NCBI GenBank assembly: GCA_040757175.1
Contig: JBFLXM010000049.1
Span: 29,532-93,531, forward strand
Origin: Thermodesulfobacteriota bacterium
GTDB taxonomy: Bacteria > Desulfobacterota > Desulfobaccia > Desulfobaccales > 0-14-0-80-60-11
Direction: 5' to 3'
DNA length: 64,000 nucleotides
The position numbers and the translations under genes were made by a program. The notes beneath the pieces were generated by a model that was not told the DNA's origin, searched no databases, and was given only the letters and a program-made list of their open reading frames with translations. Below are positions 10,497-19,240 of the stretch, one piece after another. How positions within the stretch are numbered: the first letter of the stretch is position 1; each line of letters begins with the position of its first letter.

Positions 10497-11969
10497 TTGA
10501 GAAAACCATTAGATATTTTGCTGCTGGAAGACATGGAGAGCGATGCGGAGCTGATGGCATACGAGCTCCGCAAGGCCAAGATCGACTTCACCTTCAGGCG
10601 GGTGGATACCCGGGACGGTTTCCTCCACGAGCTGCACCAACGTCTCCCCGACCTGATCCTGGCCGACCATAGCCTGCCCTCCTTTGACGGCCTCACCGCC
10701 CTAAAAATGGTGGAGAAGATCTGCCCGGAGACGCCCTTTATCTTTGTCTCCGGGGCCATGGGCGAAGAAGTGGCCGTGGACACCCTGAAACGGGGAGCCA
10801 CGGATTATGTCCTGAAGCAAAACCTGGCCCGGTTGGGTGCGGCCGTGGAACGGGCCTTGCGGGAAGCGGAAGAACGGCGGCAACGCCGCCAGGCTGAAGA
10901 AATGCTCCGGGAGAGTGAGGAGAAGTTTCGCACCCTGTTCCAAACCGCGGGCAGCTTCATCGGCGTGGCGACCCCGGAAGGACGGCTTTTGGAGATTAAC
11001 CCGGAGGCCGAACGGCTCACCGGCTGGCGGCGGGAGGAGGTCCTGGGAGAGGGTTTTTTAGAATTGTTTATACCGGAGGCCTATAAAGAGGCGGTAAGGG
11101 CGGACATGGAAAAGGTGCTGGCCGGAGAAGAGACCCGGGGCATGGAAATGCCCCTCAAGCTGCGGGATGGCGGGGAGCGCCCGTTTCTCTGGAATGTCAA
11201 TCGCTTATTGGGGAAGGAGGGTCAGGTCCTGGGCGTTATTGCCGTGGGGCAGGACATCACCCAAAGGAAACGGGCCGAAGAAGAGTTGCGGGAATCGGCG
11301 ACGAAACTGCGCTTCCTGACTTCCCAGATCCTGACCGCCCAGGAGAACGAACGCAAGCGCATCTCCAGGGAACTCCACGACGAATTGGGCCAAAGCCTGA
11401 CGATCCTGAAACTGAGCCTGCGGGCTGCGGGCAAGCAATTGCTGGAGCCGGTGGAGGTTAAGGAAGAATTGGGTGGTCTGTCCCTCTATTTGGATGAAGT
11501 CATCGACAAAGTACGCCGCCTCTCCCGGGCCCTGTGCCCGGCCATCCTGGAGGATTTGGGCCTGGTGCCGGCCCTGCAATACCTGATCAATGAATTCAGC
11601 AAATACTATGAGATTAACCACCACTTCGGTCTTGAAGATCTGGACCATCTGTTCGATAAGGAGGCCCAGATCATCATTTTCCGAATCTTCCAGGAAGCCC
11701 TGACCAACATCGCCAAACACGCCCGGGCCACCAAGGTGCGTGTGGCCGTCCAGGAATCTGCGGGGGTGGCCCTTTTGGAGGTGGAGGATAACGGCCAGGG
11801 GTTTGAGGTGCTCCAGACCCTGAGCCGCTCCTCCATGGACAAGGGTTTAGGGCTGGCTGCCCTGGATGAACGGGCCAAAATGCTGGGCGGCTCTCTGCGG
11901 ATCTGGAGTCAGAAGGGCCAGGGAACGCGCATCACTTGCGCCATTCCGGTTGGTCAAAAAAGCAATTAA
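10497..11969 (+). CDS. Hybrid REC-PAS-HisKA_3 histidine kinase (NarX/DegS class)
   Basis: REC-like ILLLEDMESDAEL...LILADHSLPSFDG. PAS. H-box RISRELHDELGQSL. HATPase DNGQGF and GLGLAAL. Start uncertain: TTG 10497 is proposed, and track GTG 10410 sits in the heptamer array. Confidence 0.8.
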   Translation: MRKPLDILLLEDMESDAELMAYELRKAKIDFTFRRVDTRDGFLHELHQRLPDLILADHSLPSFDGLTALKMVEKICPETPFIFVSGAMGEEVAVDTLKRGATDYVLKQNLARLGAAVERALREAEERRQRRQAEEMLRESEEKFRTLFQTAGSFIGVATPEGRLLEINPEAERLTGWRREEVLGEGFLELFIPEAYKEAVRADMEKVLAGEETRGMEMPLKLRDGGERPFLWNVNRLLGKEGQVLGVIAVGQDITQRKRAEEELRESATKLRFLTSQILTAQENERKRISRELHDELGQSLTILKLSLRAAGKQLLEPVEVKEELGGLSLYLDEVIDKVRRLSRALCPAILEDLGLVPALQYLINEFSKYYEINHHFGLEDLDHLFDKEAQIIIFRIFQEALTNIAKHARATKVRVAVQESAGVALLEVEDNGQGFEVLQTLSRSSMDKGLGLAALDERAKMLGGSLRIWSQKGQGTRITCAIPVGQKSN

Positions 11970-11973
11970 CCTG

Positions 11974-12002
11974 TTGACTTTGGCAGCTATGGAGATTATT
12001 GG
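11974..12002 (+). promoter_or_regulatory. Candidate sigma70-type promoter TTGACT-17-TATTGG
   Basis: Hexamer match and spacing only, 29 nt upstream of TTG 12031. Confidence 0.25.
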
Positions 12003-12030
12003 GCCAACCTTCCAGGGGAGGGAATAAATC

Positions 12031-12702
12031 TTGGAACACTCTTATCGTATCGTTCTGGCCGATGACCATGCCATGTTCCGCCGGGGGGTAAAGAGAATTA
12101 TCCAGGAAAACCAAGAACTGGAAGTGGTGGGAGAGGCGGCTGATGGCCTGGAATTATTAGAAATTATCAAGAGATCTCCACCGCATATGGTGATCGCCGA
12201 CGTCTCCATGCCCAATCTTCGGGGGCTGGAGGCGACCCGGGAAATCAAAATGTCCTTCCCTGCCATCAAGGTCATCATCCTCACCATGCATAAAGACAAG
12301 GAGTATCTCTATCACGCCCTCGCGGCCGGGGCGGAGGGCTATTTGCTGAAAGAAGACGCCGATATCGAGTTGTTTTCCGCCATCAAGACCATCCGCCAGG
12401 GAGGGACCTATATTTCCCGCCTCCTGGCCCCCCAAATGACGGATATCTTTATGGAGCGGCAGCAGTTGCGGGAAAGGCAGGGCAGGTTGCCGGGGGAGCT
12501 TTTAAGCACCCGGGAAAGGGAGATCATTAAACTCATCGCCGAAGGCAAATCCAGCAGAGAGATTGCCGACCTCCTGTATATCAGTTCCCGGACGGTCCAG
12601 CACCACCGGGCCAATATCATGAGGAAACTGAACTTCAAGAAGACCGCAGACCTGGTGAAGTACGCCATTCAAAAGGGGTATACCTCCGCGGACGGCAGTT
12701 GA
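12031..12702 (+). CDS. NarL/FixJ-family response regulator (REC + LuxR-type HTH)
   Basis: IVLADDH, VIADVSMP, LSTREREIIKLIAEGKSSREIADLLYISSRTVQHHRANIMRKL. Confidence 0.9.
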   Translation: MEHSYRIVLADDHAMFRRGVKRIIQENQELEVVGEAADGLELLEIIKRSPPHMVIADVSMPNLRGLEATREIKMSFPAIKVIILTMHKDKEYLYHALAAGAEGYLLKEDADIELFSAIKTIRQGGTYISRLLAPQMTDIFMERQQLRERQGRLPGELLSTREREIIKLIAEGKSSREIADLLYISSRTVQHHRANIMRKLNFKKTADLVKYAIQKGYTSADGS

Positions 12703-12746
12703 TCCTGGCGACGCCCCACTTATCTGTCTAATTCTTTTCCTACCAA

Positions 12747-12777
12747 ATAGGTAGTTTTACCTATGCCTAAATAGGTA
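12747..12777. promoter_or_regulatory. 31-bp heptamer operator candidate ATAGGTA-N4-TACCTAT-N6-ATAGGTA
   Basis: Direct reading. TACCTAT fits the NarL heptamer consensus TACYYMT. The same architecture recurs at 13801-13831. Confidence 0.55.
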
Positions 12778-13203
12778 TTACTGCTGATTTACTTTGCCCC
12801 CCGCAAAATAATAAATGTATCTTAGAGCCTGCTTCTGGCGGCGCCGCGGCTATGGCATTGCCTGGACTGGGCTCAAAGGATCCGGAAATGGGATGGCGCC
12901 ATAAAAAGGCAGACATGGCGGAGAGCAAAGAACTTCGGATTGTGGGGCTCCTGCCGTCGCGGCTTCATGACCGTTTATACGCGGCCCCCCTATCCTTTAG
13001 AAAAATCAAACTGGAGCTGGCTCTTCCCCCTTTGCGCACCGTTAAGTTGTCCTACCGGCAGTTGGGATCTTTCCAGGGAAGAAAGGTTTGGGAGAGCAGC
13101 CTGAGTTTTTCGTATTTTCATTAAACTTTTTGGTCTTGAAAGGATGAAAAAGACCAATATGTTTGATCAACATGTGCCTGCATGGATGCATGAGGAAAAA
13201 ACT

Positions 13204-13614
13204 ATGGGAAGGCCATATTCCGTAGTATTGGCTGATAGCCATGACATGGTCCGTCAGGAGGTCAGGAGAATTATTGAAACAATAGGAGATATCCAGGTAG
13301 TGGGAGAGGCCAGTGATGGATTTCAGCTTTTAGATGTTTTGAAAGCCACGGTTCCAGATATGGTGGTTGTTGATATTTCTATGCCAAGCCTTAGAGATAT
13401 TGAAGCGATTAGAAAAATAAGGGCGTTGTATAGCGATATCAAACTGTTGTTTTTATCGATGCATGAACGTAAGGAATACCTGAATTATGCCTTAGACTTA
13501 GGTGCTGATGGTTTTATTTGTAAACTAAACTTAGACATGGAGTTGTGTCCGGCAATAGGAAGGATACGTGGTGGAGAAGTATATATTTCACCACTTGTCT
13601 TAAAAGGATCATAA
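13204..13614 (+). CDS. REC-only paralogue of the NarL-type regulator (no HTH), in a clearly AT-richer segment
   Basis: YSVVLADSHDMVRQEVRRII...VVVDISMPSLRD...LFLSMHERKEYLNYAL aligns along its length with 12031..12702 and stops where the linker/HTH would begin. Confidence 0.7.
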   Translation: MGRPYSVVLADSHDMVRQEVRRIIETIGDIQVVGEASDGFQLLDVLKATVPDMVVVDISMPSLRDIEAIRKIRALYSDIKLLFLSMHERKEYLNYALDLGADGFICKLNLDMELCPAIGRIRGGEVYISPLVLKGS

Positions 13615-13800
13615 AGTAATTGTTAATAACATTGCCGCATTTCAACCGGCAACCAAGGAGAGTGGCAAATATCCGCCATTGCCCTGGGAAGGGACGGCCG
13701 AGACAGCCCAGCGTTTTCTCCCAGCCTGTCCCAAAAAAGGTGAGCGTACATCGGCTCCTATCATTAGCCCGACAAATTTCTGCTCTGCCGGCGAATTCAG

Positions 13801-13831
13801 ATAGGCATTTTTACCTAGTCCCAAATAGGCA
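13801..13831. promoter_or_regulatory. Second copy of the 31-bp operator candidate ATAGGCA-N4-TACCTAG-N6-ATAGGCA
   Basis: Direct reading. Identical 4- and 6-nt spacings to 12747-12777. About 110 nt upstream of ATG 13942. Confidence 0.55.
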
Positions 13832-13941
13832 TTTTGGCCGATTGATTTTTCCTTTAAAAAAGGGTTGTATCGACTCTGCAGCAGTCTTCTAACCTGGTGA
13901 AAATGATATTTCACCGGCAGCGTTTAAGAGGAGATGTGATC

Positions 13942-15048
13942 ATGGCTACCTTCGAGATTCTGATGTTCGATGACGGCTCCTCCTTGTTTCGGACTTTGGC
14001 TTGGGTCTTGGATTACAAAGGCTTGGGGGTGAAGACGGCCTCAACCCCGGAGGCCGCCCTGGAGTTAATGGTCACCAAAAATTATGATCTGCTCATCGCC
14101 AAACTGAGCATGGATGGGAATGGCAGCCTGGAGGTCATCAAACGGGCCCACAAGCTGAACCCGGAAACCCGGATCATGGTCGTGGGCGGTGACGGCCAGG
14201 TAGGTTTTCCCCTCGAGGCCTATCGTCTGAAAATCGATGATTATATTCTCCTGCCCTGCACGCCCGCGGCCTTGTGGCGGCGGGTGGCCGATTGTCTGGG
14301 GAGCCTGGAACCCCGGCGTCCGGAATCCGCATCCCAGGTGCGTTTGGCAGCCATCAATGAGCAGGTTTTAAACAAGCTGGCCATCATGTTTCATGATCTG
14401 CGCAGTTCCATGGTTTCAAGCTCCGCGGCTTTAAAGCTTTTACTCCGGGGCGACTATGGAGGTATGGACGAGCCGGTGGCCCAAAAGATTCGGGAAATCT
14501 CCTCCCGGATCAAAAAAATAGTCGGCGTCAGCGAGGAATTCATGGCCCAGGTCCTGTCCGGCAATGGTGAAGTCGCCTTGGGTCCCGAGTTGCTGGATTT
14601 AAAACAGGAGATCGTCGATCCGGTGCTGGATGAGTTCGCCGAAGAAATCCAGGACCATGGCATCATCATAGATAACCGTCTGGCAGCCCAACGCACGGCC
14701 GCCATCCCCATCAGAGGCAGCAAATTGTACCTGAAAAGCGTCTTTCGCAATCTCTTGAGCAACGGCATCAGACATGGCGGCAATGGCAGCACCATCGTCA
14801 TCGATTTGGAAGAACAGGGGGATAATTTCCGTCTGAAAGTCTGCAACAGCAGCTCTTTTGTGCCCGAAGAGAACCGGTCGATGCTGTTCTCCCATAACAG
14901 GCGTCCGGGTAAAGGGGGCAAGCCCCGGGGGCAGGGCCTGGGGATCGGCCTCCACCTCGTCAAGGGCATCATCAAGGAACACGGCGGAGATTTATTGCAC
15001 GAGGCCAAAAACCACGGGTCCGATTACGTGATTACCTTGCCTCATTAA
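13942..15048 (+). CDS. Histidine kinase with an N-terminal receiver-like domain that appears to lack the phospho-acceptor Asp
   Basis: Receiver-like FEILMFDDG...DLLIAKLSM (AK where D is expected). H-box FHDLRSSM. HATPase NLLSNGIRHG and GQGLGIGLHLV. GAGGAG RBS before ATG 13942, inside track ORF 13897..15048. Confidence 0.8.
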   Translation: MATFEILMFDDGSSLFRTLAWVLDYKGLGVKTASTPEAALELMVTKNYDLLIAKLSMDGNGSLEVIKRAHKLNPETRIMVVGGDGQVGFPLEAYRLKIDDYILLPCTPAALWRRVADCLGSLEPRRPESASQVRLAAINEQVLNKLAIMFHDLRSSMVSSSAALKLLLRGDYGGMDEPVAQKIREISSRIKKIVGVSEEFMAQVLSGNGEVALGPELLDLKQEIVDPVLDEFAEEIQDHGIIIDNRLAAQRTAAIPIRGSKLYLKSVFRNLLSNGIRHGGNGSTIVIDLEEQGDNFRLKVCNSSSFVPEENRSMLFSHNRRPGKGGKPRGQGLGIGLHLVKGIIKEHGGDLLHEAKNHGSDYVITLPH

Positions 15049-15068
15049 CGCGGTGCGGGGGTCCTAGG

Positions 15069-15107
15069 GGGGCCGGGGTCCGGGGGACCCCGGCCCCAGT
15101 TTTTTTT
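15069..15107 (+). terminator. Rho-independent terminator
   Basis: Perfect 13-bp stem GGGGCCGGGGTCC/GGACCCCGGCCCC, 3-nt loop, then a T8 run. Confidence 0.75.
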
Positions 15108-15140
15108 CGGGGGTCACCTAGATTTAAAGAACATTCTGGA

Positions 15141-17558
15141 TTATTGAGAAATACCTGGGGGAGACAGGGCCTGGAGCTTGCTTTCCAGGGCCTGCCGCGC
15201 CGGGGCCGGCAAATCCCGGCGCGCCAGTCCCCGGCGGTAGACCTGCCTGGCCTCCTCCCCTTTTCCTTGTTCCTGGAAAATCTCCCCCAAGAGAAAATAG
15301 GCCGGCGCAAAGGCTGGCTGCTCCGCCAGCAGCCGGCGCAATTCCGGGATTGCCGCCTGCAAGTCCCCCTTTTGCCGCTGGTAGAAGGCCAGGGTGTAGG
15401 CGTACTTGGGCTGGTCCTGCCGGAGTTTCCGGGCCTTTGCCAGCCAAAGCAAGGCCTCGGTTAAGCGGTCCGGGGCCAGGAGCACCCCCAGGTTATAGGC
15501 GGCTGCAGCCAATTCCGGGTCCGCTTTAAGGGCCGACCGCAGAGCCTGTTCCGCGGCCCTTTGATCTCCCTTTTCCGCCAGCACCAATCCCAAGTTGAAA
15601 TTGGCCGGAGCATTTTCTGGGTCGAGGCGGAGGGCCCGGCGCAGGGAGGCCTCCGCTTCCCCGGCCTGCCCCATCCTGGCCTGGGCAATGGAGCCGTTGA
15701 CCAGCGGCATAACCGCATCCGGCCGCAGGCGGGAGGCGGTGGTGAACGCGGCCAGGGCCAGGCCGGGTTCTCTCCGGTCCAGATAATAGTTTCCCAGGTT
15801 GTAGTGGGAGGCCCAATCATCAGGACGTGCGGTCAGGGAGGCCAGGAGTTCCCGGTCGGCCTTTTCCAGCCGCAACTGCTCCGCGGCGCTAAGCAATTCT
15901 CGGGGATAGGCCGCCAGGGTGCGGGCGGCCCGGATGCGCACCAGGCGGTAATCATCCCCCACCGCGGCGAGCAAGGCGTCCCGGGCCTCCGGAGGGTAAT
16001 GCCCCTCCAGACCCGCGGCCGCGGCTCCCCGCACCAGGGGCGAGGCGTCTTTTAGAGCCTGAGCCAGGGCCGGCCACTTGCGGGGATCGCCACAGGGAGC
16101 CAGGAGCCGGATCAGACCGGCGGCGTAAACTTCGTCCCGGGCGGGGTCATTAATATACTGCAAAATCTCCGGCAACCGGGACCAATCCCGCCGCCGGGCC
16201 GCGGCCAGCAGGGCCGCCCGCCGCAACACCTCTTTCTGGTAATCCCGCTGCTGCCATTGCCGCACCTGTTGATCCGCCCAGGCCGCGTCCTTATCCCGAT
16301 GGCAGAGGTTGCAGGCGTTGGGCGACTGAAACGCCAGGGTGGCCGCGGGCGCGGGCGGACGCAGGGAGTGGTCGCTCCGGCGCATGCGCGCGAACTCGGT
16401 TAAGGGCATATGGCAGGAGATGCACTGGGGCGCGCCCGGTTTATCCGGCGGATGGCGGGTATGCGCGGCGGCGTTGGCCACTCTCTGCCCGTGGCAGGGG
16501 AGGCAGGCCCGGTTGGCCTTCTCCGGGGCTTGGAAGCGGTAGCGGCCGCTGGAGGTGTGGCAGTGGAGGCAGGATAACTTGCCCGATTTGACACAGGGGC
16601 TGGTGAGCCAGAGGGTCAGGGTAAAATTCTCCCCCAAATCCCGGGCGTCCGGGTAAAAGTCCGCATCCTCCAGGGTGACGAGGTCATAGTGGTCGAAGAA
16701 GCGCTCCCCCGGAGTATAGGCGGGGGTCAGGGGGATCATCTTGGCGTGGCAGGGGGAGCAGGTGTCGTTATGCTGGGCAATGGTGAATTTTTTGCTGCTG
16801 ATGATTTTCAGGTCCGGGGGCACGGTCCCCGGGGGCGCCTCCCGGCAGATCCGGTTGTGTTCCGCTCCCGGGCCGTGGCAGGTCTCGCAGTTGATGCCCG
16901 GCTCGGTCCAGGCGGAGTGATAAGTGTCGGTCTGAAGATCGTAGTTGGAGGAAAACTGGCTGACGTGGCAACCATAGCAGGCGGTGTTGAAGGTGAGTAG
17001 GGGGTCCTGCCAGTAAAGCGGTTTCTCCCGCTGTACGGTTCCCAGGTGGCGCAGCATGCTCCGGGTGGTGTCGAACCATTTTTTCTTCCGCACGTCGTAG
17101 GCCACCGGCAGAACCTGGAGACGGCCCTTGTCCATGGGGGTTAAGAAATAATAGACATTCTTGCCCCCCAGGGCCTGGGCCATCCGGTATTTCCTTTCCC
17201 CCTGGGGGCCATGCTCCAGTACCCAGCCGGCGCCCTGATCGCTGACGGCCCGGTAGCGATATTCCTTTATGTGAATAGGGTCTGGGGCGAAGGTGATCCT
17301 GGTTTCCAGGAACTCCGGGGTCACGGGTTGCATGGCCAGGCCGTGGTGGGAGGTGGACCAGAGCTTATAAAATTTTTCGTGGCACTCCCGGCAACTGGCG
17401 GCCCCGGCAAAGCCGCGGCCCGGGGCGGCCGCAGGCGCACCCCGGGGGCCCGGGGCCGGGGTCCCGGGCCACAGCAGCCAGATCCCTGATAGGGCCAGGA
17501 CAAGGCCCGACCCCATTGCCACCCCTAGCAGAACCTTGCGGAGATTGGCGGGGCTCAC
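15141..17558 (-). CDS. Membrane-anchored octahaem cytochrome c fused to HEAT-like and TPR repeats
   Basis: Eight CxxCH motifs: CRECH, CYGCH, CETCH, CSPCH, CLHCH, CLPCH, CISCH, CNLCH. N-terminal TM. C-terminal half is HEAT/TPR-like. GTG start overlaps the upstream stop (GTGA). Confidence 0.85.
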   Translation of the reverse strand: MSPANLRKVLLGVAMGSGLVLALSGIWLLWPGTPAPGPRGAPAAAPGRGFAGAASCRECHEKFYKLWSTSHHGLAMQPVTPEFLETRITFAPDPIHIKEYRYRAVSDQGAGWVLEHGPQGERKYRMAQALGGKNVYYFLTPMDKGRLQVLPVAYDVRKKKWFDTTRSMLRHLGTVQREKPLYWQDPLLTFNTACYGCHVSQFSSNYDLQTDTYHSAWTEPGINCETCHGPGAEHNRICREAPPGTVPPDLKIISSKKFTIAQHNDTCSPCHAKMIPLTPAYTPGERFFDHYDLVTLEDADFYPDARDLGENFTLTLWLTSPCVKSGKLSCLHCHTSSGRYRFQAPEKANRACLPCHGQRVANAAAHTRHPPDKPGAPQCISCHMPLTEFARMRRSDHSLRPPAPAATLAFQSPNACNLCHRDKDAAWADQQVRQWQQRDYQKEVLRRAALLAAARRRDWSRLPEILQYINDPARDEVYAAGLIRLLAPCGDPRKWPALAQALKDASPLVRGAAAAGLEGHYPPEARDALLAAVGDDYRLVRIRAARTLAAYPRELLSAAEQLRLEKADRELLASLTARPDDWASHYNLGNYYLDRREPGLALAAFTTASRLRPDAVMPLVNGSIAQARMGQAGEAEASLRRALRLDPENAPANFNLGLVLAEKGDQRAAEQALRSALKADPELAAAAYNLGVLLAPDRLTEALLWLAKARKLRQDQPKYAYTLAFYQRQKGDLQAAIPELRRLLAEQPAFAPAYFLLGEIFQEQGKGEEARQVYRRGLARRDLPAPARQALESKLQALSPPGISQ

Positions 17559-19036
17559 GGGGCGCGTTGGACCCCGAGTGGGACCCAGGACCCATCTAAT
17601 ACCGCTTTCTGGGGCCAGTAGAGCCGCAAGATGACATTAAAATCGTCCTTGGGCGCAGGGAGCCAGTTCGCTTCCTTGTCCTTGCCGGGAGATTCATGTT
17701 GCAGGTAAAGGTCCAGGGAGCCGTCCGGGTTGAACTTCAGCTTGTCCCGATCGCCAATGGCATAGCGGTCCAGGGGGTTAGGGACGAAAGCCTGCTTCGA
17801 GTTATACATGCTCAGCGACCAGAAGGCGTTGACCGGCGGCCCCCCTGGGGCCAAATGGAGCACGTAGCGATGGGCGCCGTTGAGCTGCTGGCCGCGGGCA
17901 TCCAGTTGGGCGCTCGGGTAAACCGCGTCTTCCGGCCAGTTGGCCCCAAAGCCGTACAAAGCCATATACGCCCGCAGCGCATAGTCCGTTCCATACCTGC
18001 CCAGCTTCATGGGAGGGAGCATCCAACCGTTTTTGACATTCGTCAAGACCCTCCGGATCGCATTATTCAAAATTTCGAGAGCCTCCCTGGTCACGACGCT
18101 CTCCTCGATGGGGCCCTGAGTGCCTTTAGCGGCCGCATCGAAGAAGGCCTTGACCCACCAAACGGCCTTCTCCAGCCCCTGCATCACCGCCGGGTCCACC
18201 GCGGCCGGGTCAAAGGGCTGGCCGGGAACGATGCCCAGGCCCGCGAGTTTCCGCACCATGGGGGCATCGGCCGGAGCCGGGGGATTGTCTTGCAGCAGCA
18301 GCGCCAACCGGTTGAAGAAGGTCGCCGCGTCCATCTTGGCCACCTGGGTGACCGGCGGCGTATTCACGTCCACGGAGGGATCAACCGGCCCGAAACCAGG
18401 AGGTGTGTATGGCTTGCCCAAAAAGGACAGCGGGGTCAGGGAGTACTGCCGCTGGATGGCGTTCACCGCGGCATAATCGGCTTTGCCGTTGCATTGCGTC
18501 CGGCCGATGATCCAGACCAGGTTGGTGGGTGATTGAATCTTTTTGACCCCTGGGGGCAGATTTCCCTGCCACCCCGGTCCGGCAATGGCGAAATCCCCTG
18601 CCTTGGTGCCCGTGGTGCGCTTGCCCGGGGCGGCAATGACGTTGCTCCAGGCATCCATGATTTGCATTAAATAATAGCGGCCCCCAGTGTCCGGCACATG
18701 CAAAATCAGGGGCTCCCGGGAAAGGTCAACGATGGCGGTGGAGTACAGCGTATCCGCATTGGGGCTGACAATAATGGTCAAATTCGGGTCCGGGAAGGAC
18801 CAGATGTGGATGAACTGGTTGATCGGTCCGTGGGGACCTGGAGCATTGGGCTGCGAGCCCACCTGCTTCGTGACGTCCATAAGGACCAGGGGATAGCCAA
18901 AGAGGTAGGCCTCTACGCCGTTCTTCAGGGCTTGCGCTTCCTTTACCAGTCCAATTTTTCCTTGGACGGAGCCGGTCAGGGCAAAGGTCGCAGCCAATAA
19001 CAGGGTAGAGGTGGCAATGAATAATGCACCTTTCAT
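17555..19036 (-). CDS. Secreted DUF1254/DUF1214-domain protein
   Basis: Signal peptide. FGYPLVLMDVTK and MDAWSNV (DUF1254-like). NAFWSLSMY (DUF1214-like). Confidence 0.75.
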   Translation of the reverse strand: MKGALFIATSTLLLAATFALTGSVQGKIGLVKEAQALKNGVEAYLFGYPLVLMDVTKQVGSQPNAPGPHGPINQFIHIWSFPDPNLTIIVSPNADTLYSTAIVDLSREPLILHVPDTGGRYYLMQIMDAWSNVIAAPGKRTTGTKAGDFAIAGPGWQGNLPPGVKKIQSPTNLVWIIGRTQCNGKADYAAVNAIQRQYSLTPLSFLGKPYTPPGFGPVDPSVDVNTPPVTQVAKMDAATFFNRLALLLQDNPPAPADAPMVRKLAGLGIVPGQPFDPAAVDPAVMQGLEKAVWWVKAFFDAAAKGTQGPIEESVVTREALEILNNAIRRVLTNVKNGWMLPPMKLGRYGTDYALRAYMALYGFGANWPEDAVYPSAQLDARGQQLNGAHRYVLHLAPGGPPVNAFWSLSMYNSKQAFVPNPLDRYAIGDRDKLKFNPDGSLDLYLQHESPGKDKEANWLPAPKDDFNVILRLYWPQKAVLDGSWVPLGVQRAP

Positions 19037-19240
19037 GATCCCTCTATGAGCACCGTTGGGTAGTCAAAGGTGAAAGCTTCTTTGGCGAGGGCCATTGTTC
19101 GCGATGTTTGTCCGGGGTTACCCCTTCGCAGGCGCCAGACGCAACATCCAGTTGAGATAACAGAAACGAGAGGAAGGCGCGCAAAAGGCCGATTTTCTCG
19201 CGACTGGTTCTCTTCCAAACGGCTGGAAGGTTTTCCCCGG

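Noticed and set aside
12852-13124. 90-aa ORF downstream of operator site 1
   Set aside because: It has no recognisable family, odd composition and no RBS. It is kept as a possible target of the operator but is not called as a gene.
13620-13892. 90-aa ORF after the REC-only gene as a surviving LuxR HTH
   Set aside because: Its translation does not resemble a GerE/LuxR HTH. Only a faint similarity exists in another frame (GEWQISAIALGRDGR), which is insufficient to call a pseudogene.
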